A DNA stretch of 48,419 bases, counting the filler, from Catajapyx aquilonaris (lineage: Eukaryota), in assembly GCA_000934665.2 (NCBI GenBank). It is 2 parts of 2 records of this genome, joined end to end, with 100 filler letters (N's around TTAATTAATTAA, not from the genome) between each part and the next. Parts side by side here need not be neighbours in the genome. Positions count along the whole stretch, not along the records: positions 24,267 to 48,419 come from JYFJ02005560.1; 1 more part is not named here. One strand, written 5' to 3'. The translations under genes and the position numbers were made by a program. The stretch's first letter is position 1. Every line of letters begins with the position of its first letter. Under the pieces are notes generated by a model, which searched no databases, was not told the DNA's origin, and worked only from the letters and a program-made list of their open reading frames with translations. Positions 47,396-48,419 of this stretch are shown here, piece after piece.

Positions 47396-47861
47396 TGTAA
47401 CCCCTTGCCACTCCTTACGGGGTATTCGGGGAGAGCCATTGCTCCTATACAACAACAACAACAACATCACGACATTTCCCTATGAGGGGTAGTCAGCGAT
47501 GAAGGGAGACCCAACATATGAACTACATTAAAACTTGTGAAAATAAAACTATAAACTACCCGTCCCACACCCCACCCCTGCCCATCTCAGACGACACACA
47601 CTGAATATTAAATTTAAATATTACACTATGCAATACGTTACTTCGCCAAATCAAGCCCCCTCGCCACCAGCGACTACTCCGGACGCCCTGGCCACGCCGA
47701 CGTGTATGGCACCACCCTTGCACCTCATCGACCCCGCCAAGGACGTCTCTACTCGCCGGAGCGAAGGAAGCCTTATCCTCAGACCTATTCACCTATTTAC
47801 CCATTAATTAACCTACGCCATTTGCACCTATCCAAACAAACAACCCTAGCCTCAGTCCATG

Positions 47862-47927
<66 letters not shown>

Positions 47928-48210
47928 GCTCCTATACGCCATCGATTAAAGTCCGATAGAAACTTAGACCACGTAACAAGCGCCCGGGCCTACGGGCAGG
48001 GGGACTGGGGGATGTGCAAAGTGCAATGCATCGACTAGTAAGGTCATTTTGTGAGCTCCCCTGGGTGGCTTAGTCTGTTGGAAATACCACCCGAAACGAA
48101 GCCAGAGACGACCCGAGAACTCTGCACAGGGGTAACCCCGGGTTGGGTTCGAACCCGGTACCTTAACATCCGTGGGCGCGTACGTTACCGCAGCGCCACT
48201 CCGTCTCCCC
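47862..48210 (-). mobile_element. Intact SINE family B copy with (AAT)n tail
   Basis: tRNA-like head with GGTTCGAACCC, the shared core cattgcactttgcacatccccc, and a microsatellite tail at 47862-47927. Confidence 0.8.
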
Positions 48211-48419
48211 GTCCCATAATGGCCCATAAATGGCTATTTTGAACAAGTGAAGCCCGATGGGGGTCAGTTTGAACGGTTTCAATTTGTCATGCGCCGCATA
48301 CATCCTGAGCTGCGGACATACAAGGTGCAGTCATTAAGTTCGAAGCCCGAATTAAATCTCGGCTCCCATTTAACATATCACGGCCAAATATTTATGGCAC
48401 ATCGAGAGACTCTTTAGGG

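Overview
Eukaryotic genomic DNA, very likely arthropod: it has spliceosomal introns, a divergent ionotropic receptor, a Sidestep-type Ig/FN3 gene and dense SINE/MITE/Helitron content. The left ~21 kb is a compact receptor island. It holds an intronless divergent ionotropic receptor (2752-4542, -), a tandem array of seven apparently intact two-exon class A GPCRs of the myosuppressin-receptor/DMSR (Srw-like) type (6397-18527) with three paralog relics, and an intronless MATH-BTB (SPOP/TDPOZ-like) gene (19800-20696, -). All seven GPCRs share one phase-0 intron at the start of TM3. An artificial 100-bp scaffold gap lies at 24167-24266. The right part is mostly a transposon-filled intron landscape with two exons of a Sidestep/nephrin-like gene on the minus strand (35948-36241 and 28874-29034) and a SINE-interrupted gypsy/Arc-like gag remnant. 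The best candidate for new biology is the birth-and-death expansion of a normally low-copy neuropeptide receptor next to a divergent IR, which may be a GPCR chemoreceptor family analogous to nematode srw genes. It includes one member with broken signalling motifs, one with a stop-free hydrophobic intron, one whose tail comes from the antisense strand of a paralog relic, and a ghost locus with the CDS deleted. Family assignments come from motif recognition by eye; no searches were run.
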